Part shown: positions 19,347 to 28,853 of the stretch, piece after piece
Layout: each line of letters opens with the position of its first letter
How positions within the stretch are numbered: the stretch's first letter is position 1
Assembly (NCBI GenBank): GCA_963803975.1
Contig: CAWDOY010000042.1
Location: 1 to 64,000 of the forward strand
Origin: an uncultured delta proteobacterium
GTDB taxonomy: Bacteria; Desulfobacterota; WTBG01; CAIYCZ01
Reading direction: 5' to 3'
DNA: 64,000 nt
Translations under genes and position numbers: made by a program
The notes under the pieces: model-generated
Told to the model about the DNA's origin: nothing
The model's input: the letters and a program-made list of their open reading frames with translations, nothing else
Databases searched by the model: none

Positions 19347-20224
19347 ATGAGCATACTGATAGATAAAAATACGCGGGTGGTTTTTCAGGGAATAACCGGC
19401 AGCGAAGGCAGCTTCCATGCCAAACAGTGCATGGAATACGGGACCGCGTGGTGGCCGGCGTGACGCCGGGAAAAGGCGGGCAGAAGTTTGAAGAAACAGT
19501 TCCCATCTTCAACCGGGTGATTGACGCGAAGGAGAAGGAGGGGGCCAATGCCTCCTGCATTTTTGTTCCGCCGGCGTTTGCTGCCGATGCCATCATTGAA
19601 GCGATCGACGCGGGCCTTGACCTGGTGGTCTGCATCACCGAAGGCATTCCGGTGCTGGACATGGTGAAGGTGAAGAAATATCTGGTCGGTAAAAAGACCC
19701 GGCTCATCGGTCCCAACTGCCCGGGGCTTATCTCCCCCGGGAAATGCAAGATCGGCATCATGCCCGGATTTATCCACCGGGAAGGAAGCATCGGCTTGAT
19801 ATCGCGCAGCGGGACCCTTACCTACGAAGTGGTCTGGCAGCTCACCAACCGCGGCATCGGCCAGTCAACCTGCATCGGCATCGGCGGAGACCCGATTGTC
19901 GGCTCAAACTTTATGGATCTTCTGCCCCTGTTCAATGACGATCCGCAGACTGAAGCGGTGGTTATCATCGGCGAGATCGGCGGCACCGCCGAAGAGGAAG
20001 CCGCAGCCTACATCAAGGCCAGTTTCAAGAAGCCGGTGTTCGGCTTTATTGCCGGCCAGACCGCGCCTCCCGGCAGGCGCATGGGCCACGCGGGCGCGAT
20101 TATTTCCGGCGGCAAGGGCACGGCAGCGGAAAAGAACGCAGCATGGAAGGCGGCCGGCATTCACGTGGAAACCAATCCGGCAATGATCGGCGCGATGGTG
20201 GCTTCGGTATTGAAAAAGAAATAA
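19347..20224 (+). CDS. sucD: Succinyl-CoA synthetase alpha subunit (frameshift ~19445)
   Basis: [18 protein letters not shown] joins [23 protein letters not shown] and MGHAGA motifs. Confidence 0.95.
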
Positions 20225-20240
20225 AGAGAGGTAACGGCTT

Positions 20241-20516
20241 TTGCTGTCAAAAAAGACCAAGGTCAAATATACTGAGAAAAAAAAGAAGAGCAAATATCCT
20301 AAAGTCTCTTTCTATATTTTTGACAAGTGGTGCAAGCGCTGCGGCATCTGCGTGGAGCTGTGCACGCACAAGGTATTTATTGCCGATGACGAAGGATACC
20401 CGCGCGCGGTGAAGCCCATCGAGTGCAACCGCTGCGGGTTCTGCGTCAGCCGCTGCCCGGATTTTGCCTTGCGGATAATCGAAGGACGCGGCGAGGAACA
20501 AAATACTAAATCCTAA
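20241..20516 (+). CDS. korD: 2-oxoacid:ferredoxin oxidoreductase delta subunit (2x4Fe-4S)
   Basis: WCKRCGICVELC and CNRCGFCVSRCPDFA. Confidence 0.85.
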   Translation: MLSKKTKVKYTEKKKKSKYPKVSFYIFDKWCKRCGICVELCTHKVFIADDEGYPRAVKPIECNRCGFCVSRCPDFALRIIEGRGEEQNTKS

Positions 20517-20612
20517 ATAAAACTCTAAACAAATCAAAATCTAAATTCTAAATCTTGAGTTCCGTACTCTGAAATTGTTTAGGATTTAGCAGATTAGCTT
20601 CGAGATTTAGAT
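20501..20612. repeat. Heptamer-repeat inverted tract (CTAAAT-like units / TTTAG-like units)
   Basis: AAATACTAAATCCTAAAT...TCTAAATTCTAAATC mirrored by TTTAGGATTTAG...GATTTAG. Confidence 0.55.
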
Positions 20613-20644
20613 ACCGGTTTTCAGGCAAGGATTGACAGGAGCTG

Positions 20645-21778
20645 ATGGAAGCAAAACTGTTAATGGGAAACGAGGCCTGTGCTGAAGGAGCTCTTGCAGC
20701 GGGGGTGCAGTTTTACGGCGGATACCCCATTACTCCTTCAAACGAGATCGGCGAGATTCTGTCGAGCCGGCTCCCGGCAGTCGGCGGCAGGTTCATTCAA
20801 ATGGAGGATGAGATCGGCAGCATGGCCGCGATCATCGGCGCCTCGATCGCCGGTCTCAAGAGCATGACCGCCACCAGCGGCCCCGGCTTTTCTCTGATGC
20901 AGGAGAACCTCGGCTTCGCGGCAATCGCGGAGGTGCCGTGCGTGGTGGTGAATGTGATGCGCGCCGGCCCCAGCACCGGCATGCCCACGCTGCCGGCCCA
21001 GGGTGATGTGATGCAGGCGCGCTGGGGCACGCACGGCGATCACCCGAGCATTGTCCTGTGCCCGTCCTCGGTGCGGGAGGTGTTTGACTTAACGGTCACC
21101 GCGGTCAATTTTTCAGAAAAATACCGGATGCCGGTCATTCTCCTGATGGATGAGGTCATCGGGCATCTGCGGGAAAAGGTCACCCTGCCCCAGCCGGAGA
21201 GCATCCAGGTTGTCGAGCGGCCCCGGCCCGACTGCCCGCCGGAGTGGTATAAGCCGTTTGAGGACAGCAAAACCGGCGTTCCGCCCATGGCGGCCTTCGG
21301 CGACGGCTACCGCTACCACATAACCGGGCTGACCCATGACAGCATGGGCTTTCCCACCACCAAAAAAGATGAGGTGGAAGCGCTCATACAGCGGCTGTTC
21401 AGAAAAATCCGCCAGGGGTTTGAAGAGATTATGCTCTATGAGACGTTTCTCATGGAAGACGCTACCGCCGCAATCGTTGCCTATGGCTGCACCGCGCGCT
21501 CGGCAAAAAGCGCGGTGCTCGCGCTGCGCAAAGAGGGGATGAAGGTGGGGCTGCTGAAGCTCTCTACCCTGTGGCCGTTCCCGCGCGTCGCGGTTGAGTC
21601 TCTGCCGGAACAGGTGCAGGACCTGGTGGTGCCGGAAATGAACATGGGGCAGCTGTACCGCGAAGTGGTGCGGGTCGGTCACGGCAGGTTCAGGGTGAGA
21701 AAAGTGTCCCGCATCGACGGGGAGCTTATAACACCGCAGGAGATAATTTACGGCCTCAAACGGCGGGAGCGGAAATGA
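20645..21778 (+). CDS. korA: 2-oxoglutarate:ferredoxin oxidoreductase alpha subunit
   Basis: GNEACAEGA, YPITP, QMEDE, TSGPGFSLMQE and PEMNMGQ motifs. Confidence 0.93.
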   Translation: MEAKLLMGNEACAEGALAAGVQFYGGYPITPSNEIGEILSSRLPAVGGRFIQMEDEIGSMAAIIGASIAGLKSMTATSGPGFSLMQENLGFAAIAEVPCVVVNVMRAGPSTGMPTLPAQGDVMQARWGTHGDHPSIVLCPSSVREVFDLTVTAVNFSEKYRMPVILLMDEVIGHLREKVTLPQPESIQVVERPRPDCPPEWYKPFEDSKTGVPPMAAFGDGYRYHITGLTHDSMGFPTTKKDEVEALIQRLFRKIRQGFEEIMLYETFLMEDATAAIVAYGCTARSAKSAVLALRKEGMKVGLLKLSTLWPFPRVAVESLPEQVQDLVVPEMNMGQLYREVVRVGHGRFRVRKVSRIDGELITPQEIIYGLKRRERK

Positions 21779-22602
21779 AAACCGAGCAGACAGATGTGTA
21801 TCAGTACCTCAGGCATGAAAAAAAGTTTCCCCTGATCTGGTGTCCGGGATGCGGCAACGGGATCGTCATGGGCTCTATGATCAGGGCTGTTGATGCGCTG
21901 GGTATGGCCAAGGACAAGACCGCCATCGTGTCGGGCATCGGCTGCTCGGGCAGGGTTTCCACCTACATGGATTTCAATACCCTGCACACCACCCACGGCC
22001 GGGCGCTGGCGTTTGCCACGGGGCTGAAGTTTGCGCGTCCCGAGCTTACGGTCATTGTTGCCATGGGCGACGGCGATGCCCTGGCAATCGGCGGCAATCA
22101 TTTTATTCACGCGGCGCGGCGCAATATTGATCTGACCGCCATCATCTTCAATAACAGCACCTACGGCATGACCGGCGGGCAGATTTCTCCGACCACGCCG
22201 CTCGGGAGCATTGCCTCAACCGCGCGCATGGGCAATATTGAGAACCCGTTTGATGTTCCCAAACTTGCCGAAGCTGCAGGTGCGGCTTTTGTCGCCCGCG
22301 GCTCCGCCTACCATGTCGATGAGCTTGATGAGCTGATGGCCCTGGCCATCAGAAAAAAAGGGTTTTCCGTACTTGAGGTAATAACCCCGTGCCCCACTAT
22401 TTATGGCCGCAATAACCGCCTGGGCAGCGTGGTCAACATGCTCAAGCAGCAGCGGGACAGCCTGGTGTCAATGCATGATGTGCAGGGCATGAGCCCGGAA
22501 GAGCTCAAGGGTAAAACAGTGCTCGGGGTGCTGACGGATCTGGATAAGCCCGAGTACTGCGAAGAATATGAAAAGCTTATGGAGCGGGCGCAAAAAGCCT
22601 GA
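21775..22602 (+). CDS. korB: 2-oxoglutarate:ferredoxin oxidoreductase beta subunit
   Basis: WCPGCG, SGIGCS and the TPP motif GDGD...NN..YGMTGGQ. Confidence 0.93.
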   Translation: MKTEQTDVYQYLRHEKKFPLIWCPGCGNGIVMGSMIRAVDALGMAKDKTAIVSGIGCSGRVSTYMDFNTLHTTHGRALAFATGLKFARPELTVIVAMGDGDALAIGGNHFIHAARRNIDLTAIIFNNSTYGMTGGQISPTTPLGSIASTARMGNIENPFDVPKLAEAAGAAFVARGSAYHVDELDELMALAIRKKGFSVLEVITPCPTIYGRNNRLGSVVNMLKQQRDSLVSMHDVQGMSPEELKGKTVLGVLTDLDKPEYCEEYEKLMERAQKA

Positions 22603-22634
22603 GCAGGAAATATTCACCGCAATAGGGATTTCTC

Positions 22635-23216
22635 ATGGCAGAGCAGTATGAAATTCGCCTGGCAGGGCTCGGCGGGCAGGGGCTGATCCTTGCCGGCATC
22701 ATCGTGGCAGAAGCCGCGGGCATTTATGACGGCAAAATTGTTGCCCAGACGCAGGCCTATGGCGCTGCGGCACGGGGCGGCTTCAGCCGCTCTGACGTGG
22801 TCATCAGTGATGAGGAGATAAACTATCCCAAGGCCTCAGAACTTGACCTGCTGCTTGCCATGAGCCAGGATGCCTGCGACGATAATTATCAGTATTTAAA
22901 ACCCGAGGGTATTTTAATTATTGACTCGACCTACGTGTCTCAGAACGCTGACGCGCCGGCGTATGCCATCCCCTTCACGCGGATTGCCCGGGAAAAGTTC
23001 AGCCGGGAGAATGTCGCCAATATTGTCGCGCTCGGGGCCATGTCACAGATTTTCCCCCACATATCAGAGTCTGCCATGGAAAAAGCGGTGCTGCGCAGGG
23101 TGCCCAAGCAGTTTGTAGAGCTGAATAAAAAGGCGTTTCAGGCAGGGGTTGAGGCAGCCCAGGCAGAAATTAAAAAGAGCTCTTCCCGCGGGGAAAAGCG
23201 CTATGATGAAGTATAG
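22635..23216 (+). CDS. korC: 2-oxoglutarate:ferredoxin oxidoreductase gamma subunit
   Basis: GLGGQG, YGAAARGG, NIVALGA and N.KAF..G motifs. Confidence 0.92.
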   Translation: MAEQYEIRLAGLGGQGLILAGIIVAEAAGIYDGKIVAQTQAYGAAARGGFSRSDVVISDEEINYPKASELDLLLAMSQDACDDNYQYLKPEGILIIDSTYVSQNADAPAYAIPFTRIAREKFSRENVANIVALGAMSQIFPHISESAMEKAVLRRVPKQFVELNKKAFQAGVEAAQAEIKKSSSRGEKRYDEV

Positions 23217-23288
23217 CAGACAGCTATCAGCATGTCAGAAAAATAAAATAGAGCTGAAGGCTGAAAGCTGACAGCTTCAGGCCCTTAT

Positions 23289-24194
23289 ATGACCGAACAG
23301 ATCATTCTCCAGACCGAATTTAAGGATTTAAAACTGCTCAACAGGGGCAAGGTGCGGGACCTCTACGACATGGGCGACGCGCTGCTGATGATTGCCACAG
23401 ACCGCATCTCAGCCTTTGATGTAATTCTCCCCAACGGAATTCCGGGCAAGGGAAAGATCCTCACCCAGCTTTCCGCGTTCTGGTTTTCCCAGCTGTCCGG
23501 CATTGTGCCCCATCATCTTATTTCCACCCGCGTTGAGGATTTCCCCGCGGCCTGCCGGCCGTACCGGGATATTCTGTCCGGCCGCAGCATGCTCATCAAA
23601 AAAACAAAGCCGCTCCCTGTAGAGTGTGTGGTGCGCGGCTATCTCTCGGGCTCCGGCTGGAAGGATTACCAGAAGAGCGGCGCGGTCTGCGGCATTCCGC
23701 TGCCCGCGGGCCTGAAGGAATCAGATTCGCTTGGCGAGCCGATCTTCACTCCCTCGACCAAGGCTGAAATAGGCACCCACGATGAAAATATCAATTTTTC
23801 AGCCGCAGAGAAACTGGTGGGCAAAGAGACCGCAGCCAGGCTCAAGCAGCTTACCATTGCCATCTACCAGAAAGCCCGGTCAATAGCAGAGGAAAAGGGA
23901 ATAATAATCGCTGATACCAAGTTTGAATTCGGCATGCTGAATGGCGAGATCATCCTCATCGATGAGGTGCTCACACCCGACTCATCGCGCTTCTGGCCGC
24001 AGGATTCCTATGCGCCGGGAAAAGCGCAGAACAGCTTTGACAAGCAGTTTGTGCGTGACTACCTGCTCAGCCTTACCTGGGACCAGAAACCGCCTGCCCC
24101 CACGCTTCCTGCAGAGATCATTCAAAAAACCAGCCAGCGCTACCAGGAAGCCTTTCGCAGGCTTACCGGGAAAGAATTTTCCACTCACTGCTGA
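23289..24194 (+). CDS. purC: SAICAR synthetase
   Basis: [33 protein letters not shown] and [12 protein letters not shown] motifs. Confidence 0.97.
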   Translation: MTEQIILQTEFKDLKLLNRGKVRDLYDMGDALLMIATDRISAFDVILPNGIPGKGKILTQLSAFWFSQLSGIVPHHLISTRVEDFPAACRPYRDILSGRSMLIKKTKPLPVECVVRGYLSGSGWKDYQKSGAVCGIPLPAGLKESDSLGEPIFTPSTKAEIGTHDENINFSAAEKLVGKETAARLKQLTIAIYQKARSIAEEKGIIIADTKFEFGMLNGEIILIDEVLTPDSSRFWPQDSYAPGKAQNSFDKQFVRDYLLSLTWDQKPPAPTLPAEIIQKTSQRYQEAFRRLTGKEFSTHC

Positions 24195-24350
24195 TACTGA
24201 TCAGAAGGCAGGGATTGTGCCAGCAACGAGGCGGCACATGATTCCCTGACCCTGTCCGGCTATCTGCAGCATTGCTTTCATGATTATACAAAAACCTTGC
24301 GTATAGTATTCGCACTCTTTATCCGGATTTTCCTTCTTTACACCTCATTC

Positions 24351-24532
24351 GGCTTTGCTGTCGGCGGGTAATAATGCTGGTGCGGAAGCTGTTTGGCTGG
24401 TCCATGCTCTATGAAATTGTGCCGGGATTCATCCAAGCACTTGTTGCCATCATTATTGTAAGCCTTTTTGATAATGAGCCCTCAAAGGAAATTCTACAGG
24501 ATTTTAAAAGAAGTCTCACCTGCGAATATTAG
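24351..24532 (+). pseudogene. C-terminal remnant of a Na+/proline symporter (PutP-like)
   Basis: Reads LFGWSMLYEIVPGFIQALVAIIIVSLFDNEPSKEILQDF; LYEIVPGF is characteristic of the PutP C-terminus; no upstream gene body. Confidence 0.6.
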
Positions 24533-24615
24533 ACTTGATTTCTAAACCAGCTTTAGGTTTATATAAATAATTGAAAGAGAAACGCCCCGTGCATTATTGA
24601 TGAAAGGAGAAGACC

Positions 24616-26424
24616 ATGAACCCAAGGCACAGCAAAGCACTATTAAAGGTGTTATGTCTCATCGGAATGATTCTTTTTCTTGCCCGTGATATAGTGCAGG
24701 CTGAAGAGTTGATCATTTTCACCGGCTATTACAACAGGGATAATGCTCCGTATTCAAATCTGTACAGCATGCGTCCCGATGGTTCAGGCAGGACACAGAT
24801 AACAAACTTCTTTCCCTACTCTGCAAGTCAGCCCGCACTTTCACATGATGGGAAGCAGTTAGCGTTTACTTCAAACCTGCTTTCTTTCAAAAGTCTGAAC
24901 TATGAAGATATTTTCAGGCTCGAGCTGCAGGGATCAAAACTCATCAGGGTTACCGGCGCAGAATATAATTCAGAAAAGAAGACCGGTTCTGTTAAAGTTT
25001 CTGTTAAAGATGATATTGGAGATTACAATGATAACCCTTCAAGCCTCATATATTCATTCCAGGGTTGTAAGGATCTGGTTACCTATGATGCCTATACAAA
25101 GGCAGGTGTTTTGCAGGATGTTCCAGCAACCAATGTATGGGTCAAGATCGTAAAAAATAAATGGATTGGCGCATCGGGATTTGTTCAGGTTCCTGCCGGA
25201 GGGGAGGAGACTGCTGTGCTGGGCAACTTAAGCGACGGGAATTTTTTAGCCGGGAAGCCATCATTCTCTCCTGACGGGACAAAAATAACCGGTATATCCG
25301 GGCTTGCGTACTTCGATACCACTGCCTTGAATCCCGATGGGACGGTGAAAGAAGGTAAAAGCCCGTACGGGGGGTTTGATAAGCTCATGGTTGTGGATTT
25401 AAACGGCATTCTGATCGATGATTTCAAAAACGGCAGCGGTGCAGACAATAGCCCGGTATATTCACCTGACGGAACCAGGATTGCCTATTCCCGCGGGGGG
25501 ATCACCCAGGAGTCAGTTGTTGTGGTGCCTGCCAATAATCTCAACGGGTCAGGTGTCGTTGTTGCTGCTAAGGGCAATGATTATTTCAGCTATCCTCCCC
25601 GGAGCTGGGGATACTCATCGCCCGCATGGTCACCGGACGGCAGCACCATAGCGTGCGCCTATACAGAGTATGACAGCTCGTTCAATATGACCAGTAACAT
25701 CGTGCTTGCCAACAGTGACGGCTCCGGCAACATCCGCAAAATAACTTCTGTGCCGCAGAATGCTGCTGCAACCAGTGCTGACTTCAGCCCGGACGGCCAG
25801 TGGATTGTGTACAGCGTGGTGACCTCAAAGAGCACGGTGTTAAATATTAGTGATTTCCTGAGCTATAATATTACCTCTGATATTTATAAAAAGAACCTGT
25901 CAACCGGCGAAGAAGTCCGCCTGACCAATGATGGTTCTTCATCAGAGCCGAGCTGGGGCACTGCAGTGGCACAACCTAAAATACCGACTGGCACGACAAC
26001 CATTCCCGGAGGGGGGACAACAACCATCCCGGGCGGTTCAAAATGCCCGTTTGTTAAGAATATACAGAATGAGGACGAATTGACCGTTCTCAGGAACGTT
26101 CGCTCTGCACTGCAGGAAAAAAATGAGCGGCTGGTTGAGGTGTTTTATGAATACGCGCAGGAAATTACCGGGATTGTTGCAGCAGATATAACGCTGCAGG
26201 CACAGCTGCGCAAACTGGTTACAAAAAATATCTCTATTGTCAGGGCCTTCAGTGACAAGGGAACGGTACGAGTAAAAAGATCATCAGTGCAAGAGGTCAC
26301 TGGATTTTTGCGTGAGATCAAGGCACAGGCTGCACCTGGCCTTGCTGTTGTTCTTGATAACCTGATCAAGGATATTGAACAGGGAGGCTTCTTGAAAGAT
26401 AACGGGGTTTACGTGGAACCATAG
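24616..26424 (+). CDS. Secreted TolB-like (PD40 repeat) beta-propeller with a Thr/Gly linker and a C-terminal helical domain
   Basis: Signal peptide; repeated P.(F/W/Y)SPDG..I; TTTIPGG twice; then CPF...ELTVLRNVR...LVEVFYEYAQEI. Confidence 0.8.
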   Translation: MNPRHSKALLKVLCLIGMILFLARDIVQAEELIIFTGYYNRDNAPYSNLYSMRPDGSGRTQITNFFPYSASQPALSHDGKQLAFTSNLLSFKSLNYEDIFRLELQGSKLIRVTGAEYNSEKKTGSVKVSVKDDIGDYNDNPSSLIYSFQGCKDLVTYDAYTKAGVLQDVPATNVWVKIVKNKWIGASGFVQVPAGGEETAVLGNLSDGNFLAGKPSFSPDGTKITGISGLAYFDTTALNPDGTVKEGKSPYGGFDKLMVVDLNGILIDDFKNGSGADNSPVYSPDGTRIAYSRGGITQESVVVVPANNLNGSGVVVAAKGNDYFSYPPRSWGYSSPAWSPDGSTIACAYTEYDSSFNMTSNIVLANSDGSGNIRKITSVPQNAAATSADFSPDGQWIVYSVVTSKSTVLNISDFLSYNITSDIYKKNLSTGEEVRLTNDGSSSEPSWGTAVAQPKIPTGTTTIPGGGTTTIPGGSKCPFVKNIQNEDELTVLRNVRSALQEKNERLVEVFYEYAQEITGIVAADITLQAQLRKLVTKNISIVRAFSDKGTVRVKRSSVQEVTGFLREIKAQAAPGLAVVLDNLIKDIEQGGFLKDNGVYVEP

Positions 26425-26444
26425 AAATTGGAAAGGGAGAGACA

Positions 26445-28414
26445 ATGCAAATAAAAGTTACCGACAAATCTAAAACAAATGCTGGCTGGAGCGGCAAAAT
26501 TCTTCAGGTGGATCTCACCAATGGCACAATCCGGGAAGAGGAGATCTCCGAAGAGCTTAAAAGTGGATACACCGGCGGGGCAGGCATTAATGCCCGATTG
26601 CTGTATGATGCTTTGCGCAAAAATCCAGAGATAGATCCGCTGTCACCGGAGAACCCGCTCATATTCGGCTTCGGCATACTGGTCGGCACCTCGTTTCCCT
26701 GCTCTTCACGCATGACCATAACCGCTAAAAGCCCGCTCACCAGAATCTTCGGCGACTCAAACGGCGGCGGCACCTTTCCGGCGCGGGTGAAACAGGCAGG
26801 CTATGACCATCTTGTCTTCAGGGGAAAGGCAAAAAAACCGGTGGCGCTTCTCATCGAGAAAGGAAAGACTACCGGAGCTGGTTGATGCAACTGATCTGTG
26901 GGGACTTGACACCTATGCGACTGATGAGAAGATACATGAAAAATACGGCGAGTGCGAAACAGCCCGCATCGGGCCGGCAGGAGAGAATCTGGTCAGGTAT
27001 GCCAACATCTGCAACAGCACCAAACGCGTCGGCTTCAATGGCAGGGCCGGCATGGGCTGCGTCATGGGCTCCAAGAACCTGAAGGCGATAATCGTGAAAG
27101 CTGACGGCACGGTGCCGGTCGCGGATGAAAAAAAGTTTGACGAGCTGGTGAAGCGCTACCGGGACATCTGGGGCAAGGGCCCTGCTTTGTTTGCCCACAA
27201 GGAATACGGCTCGCTGATGCTCATCGCCCAGAACAGCGACCAGACCCGCATCAAAAACCAGCAGGTGCGCATCACCCCCGAGCAGCTTGAGTCATACGAT
27301 ATTGTCAACCTGGTGGAGAACTACAAGGCGGGCCAGATCGCATGCTACCGCTGCCCGGTGGCATGCACCCAGAAGTGGGAAGTGAAGGAAGGCCCGTTCA
27401 AGGGAGAGAAGACTGATAAGCTTGAGTTCGGCCACTATACCAACATGGGCCCCCTGCTTGGCCTCTTTGATTTTCCGGCACTAATGCATATTTCAGATCT
27501 GGTCAACCGCATGGGAATGGACTGCGTCCAGTTCGGCTGGAACCTTGCCATGGCCATGGAATGCTATCAGCGGGGCATTATCGGGACCGAGGATACCGGC
27601 GGCATCCACTTAGAGTGGGGGGATGAGCGGGTGATTTCTGACATGATTATGAAAATTACCCGGCGCGAAGGATTCGGTAATATCCTTGCCGAGAGCATGC
27701 CGGATGCAGTTGCGCGCATTGGCGGCAATGCCCAGGAATACGGCTTTCACACCAAGGGCCAGTCTTTCACCTACAACTGCACCCAGGCCATTGCCATGAG
27801 CCTTGCCTCATCTGTCGCCACCCGCGGCGCAGACCATTTGAAAGGCCACCCGTTCCCTGCCATGATCGGCCTGCAGGACATGATGGAAAGAATCTTCGGC
27901 AAAGACCTTCCCGAGGGAATCCTCGAGCACGCCAACCCCGCGGCAAAGGGCCGGGTGGTGTGGTGGAGCGAGAACTACAAGATGCTCATGGACTGCTCTC
28001 GGCATCTGCTTTGTGCCCATGGTAGGCTGCGATGTGTTTGCCGACCCGCTCATTCTTGTTGAGGAAATGGGGGAAATCTACCAGGCGGCAACGGGCCGGG
28101 ATCCGGATAAACTCTATGAAGCAGCCGAGCGGGCATACCAGGTTGAGAAAAGCTTTAACGCGCTGCTGGGCATCACGCGCAAGGATGACCTGCGGCAGGG
28201 CACCCGGCGCGGGGAGAATGATCCGATCCACCATCCGGGCATGCTGGAGGAATACTATCATTATCGCGGCTGCTCAACTGACGGCCTGCCCACCAGAAAG
28301 AGACTTGCGGAGATCGGGCTCTCTGATGTGGCGGAAGATCTTGCTAAGAAGGGAAAACTTGGCGAGCGCGAGTGCCCGGCAATTACAGAGCTGCTGGGGA
28401 AACCGGCAGCGTAA
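26445..28414 (+). CDS. Tungsten aldehyde:ferredoxin oxidoreductase family protein AOR-1 (frameshifts ~26870 and ~28000)
   Basis: GKILQVDLT, KSPLT..FGDSNGGG, IGPAGENLV, GRAGMG.VMGSKNLKAI, CYRCPVAC, RGADH and YY.YRG....GLPT motifs. Confidence 0.92.
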
Positions 28415-28485
28415 GGGTCGCCGACATAAGATGTGTAAGTCGCCAGCATTATTGCAGAGTATCAAAACAAGGGAACGATTGAATC

Positions 28486-28726
28486 TGCCATCAGTCAGGC
28501 GCTGGGCACCACGGGCAAAGCCATCGTTTTTATCGCCACGACCCTGATGTGCGGCATTGTGTTCTGGTTTATGTCCAAGATGATATTCCAGACACTGATG
28601 GGACTGCTGCTGGCAATCATCCTGCGGTTTAACATGCCCCGGGCACTGCTGATCATCGCCAGTTTCATAGAGGTGTTTAAACCCCAATTTGTTGTCAGAA
28701 AAGGCTTGGCCGGTATAACGGTGTAA
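28486..28726 (+). pseudogene. C-terminal remnant of an MMPL/RND transporter, paralogous to 35524-37899
   Basis: AISQALGTTGKAIVFIATTL...FQTLMGLLLAIIL.FNM...FKPQF aligns with AIYKALTTNGKSIIQIATTI...FQAEMGILLAILLFLNM...LKPKF. Confidence 0.75.
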
Positions 28727-28853
28727 ATCACTCAAGGGGAATCCGGGAACAGCCATAATCGTTTTTATTCTTTGGTCTTTCACCTTTTTGAGGTGTCACT
28801 GGTTTACCAACATCTCTTCCAGTCGCGACATAAACTTAATCCGGGATAAAAGC

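Noticed and set aside
11488..20224. Frameshifts in fumA, sucC, sucD and many other genes as pseudogenisation or programmed frameshifting
   Set aside because: They hit housekeeping and accessory genes alike, often at short homopolymers, and the joined products are full length; long-read indel error is the simpler explanation
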